A DNA stretch of 64,000 bases, from the NCBI RefSeq assembly GCF_963921235.1, contig NC_086097.1, positions 91,824,001-91,888,000 of the forward strand, in the 5' to 3' direction. Under the pieces are notes generated by a model, which did no database searches, had not been told where the DNA came from, and saw only the letters and a program-made list of their open reading frames with translations. A program made the translations under genes and the position numbers. The stretch comes from Mobula hypostoma (Eukaryota). Shown piece after piece: positions 63,563-64,000 of the stretch; positions within the stretch are counted from its first letter, which is position 1; each line of letters begins with the position of its first letter.

Positions 63563-64000
63563 AATTGGTTTATTATTGTCATGTGTACCGAGATACAGTG
63601 AGAAATAGTTCTGCAATCTGTCCACACAGATCATTTTAAAATATAAGTATATTGAGGCAGTACGTGGGAAAAGCAATAACAGAATGCAGAATATAGTGTT
63701 ACAGTTACAGAGAAATTGCAGAGGAGGCAGACAATGAGGTGCATGGCCATAATGAGGTACTCTGTGAGGTCAAGAGTGCATCTTATTATACTAGGAAACA
63801 GTTCAATAGTTTAATAACAGCAGGATATAAGATGTCTTTGAGTCTGGTGCTATGTGCTTTCTTGCTTTTGTATCTGCCCATTAAAAGAAAATGTCTAGGG
63901 TGGGTGGTGGTCTTTGATTATACTGGCTGCTTTTCCAAGGCAGCATGAAGTATAGACAGAGTCCATGGAGAGGATGCTGATTTTTGTGATTGACTGACCT
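63563..64000 (-). mobile_element. Rex1/Babar-type 3' fragment
   Basis: ggaattggtttattattgtc tail and LYTSCCLGKAASIIKDHHPP relic. Confidence 0.65.

Overview
Vertebrate genomic DNA, most likely a cartilaginous fish (ray or shark); this is inferred from the dense CR1 LINEs, HE1/V-SINE-like SINEs, Rex1/Babar and Penelope repeats. The only host gene I can identify securely is PACS2 on the minus strand. Its coding exon 1 ([39 protein letters not shown]) is at 44429-44544, under a CpG-rich promoter with a perfect CRE. Bases 1-44428 appear to be intron 1, as I found no exon 2. The rest is mostly nested, decayed transposable elements: CR1, Rex1/Babar, Tx1, RTE, a HERO-like restriction-endonuclease (RLE) LINE, Penelope elements, Tc1, Tigger and hAT DNA elements, a Gypsy relic, a solo LTR and SINEs. 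The most interesting signals are RNA structures. (i) A complete hammerhead ribozyme core with its three strands in a non-circularly permuted order sits in the 3' UTR of the HERO-like LINE (26242-26305), with a competing fold just upstream. (ii) Minimal hammerheads recur in the Penelope termini, some inside fold-back insertions that share a one-sided tail. Also noted: a 227-bp local templated duplication and a candidate signal-peptide exon on the plus strand. Most repeat boundaries are approximate, read by eye.
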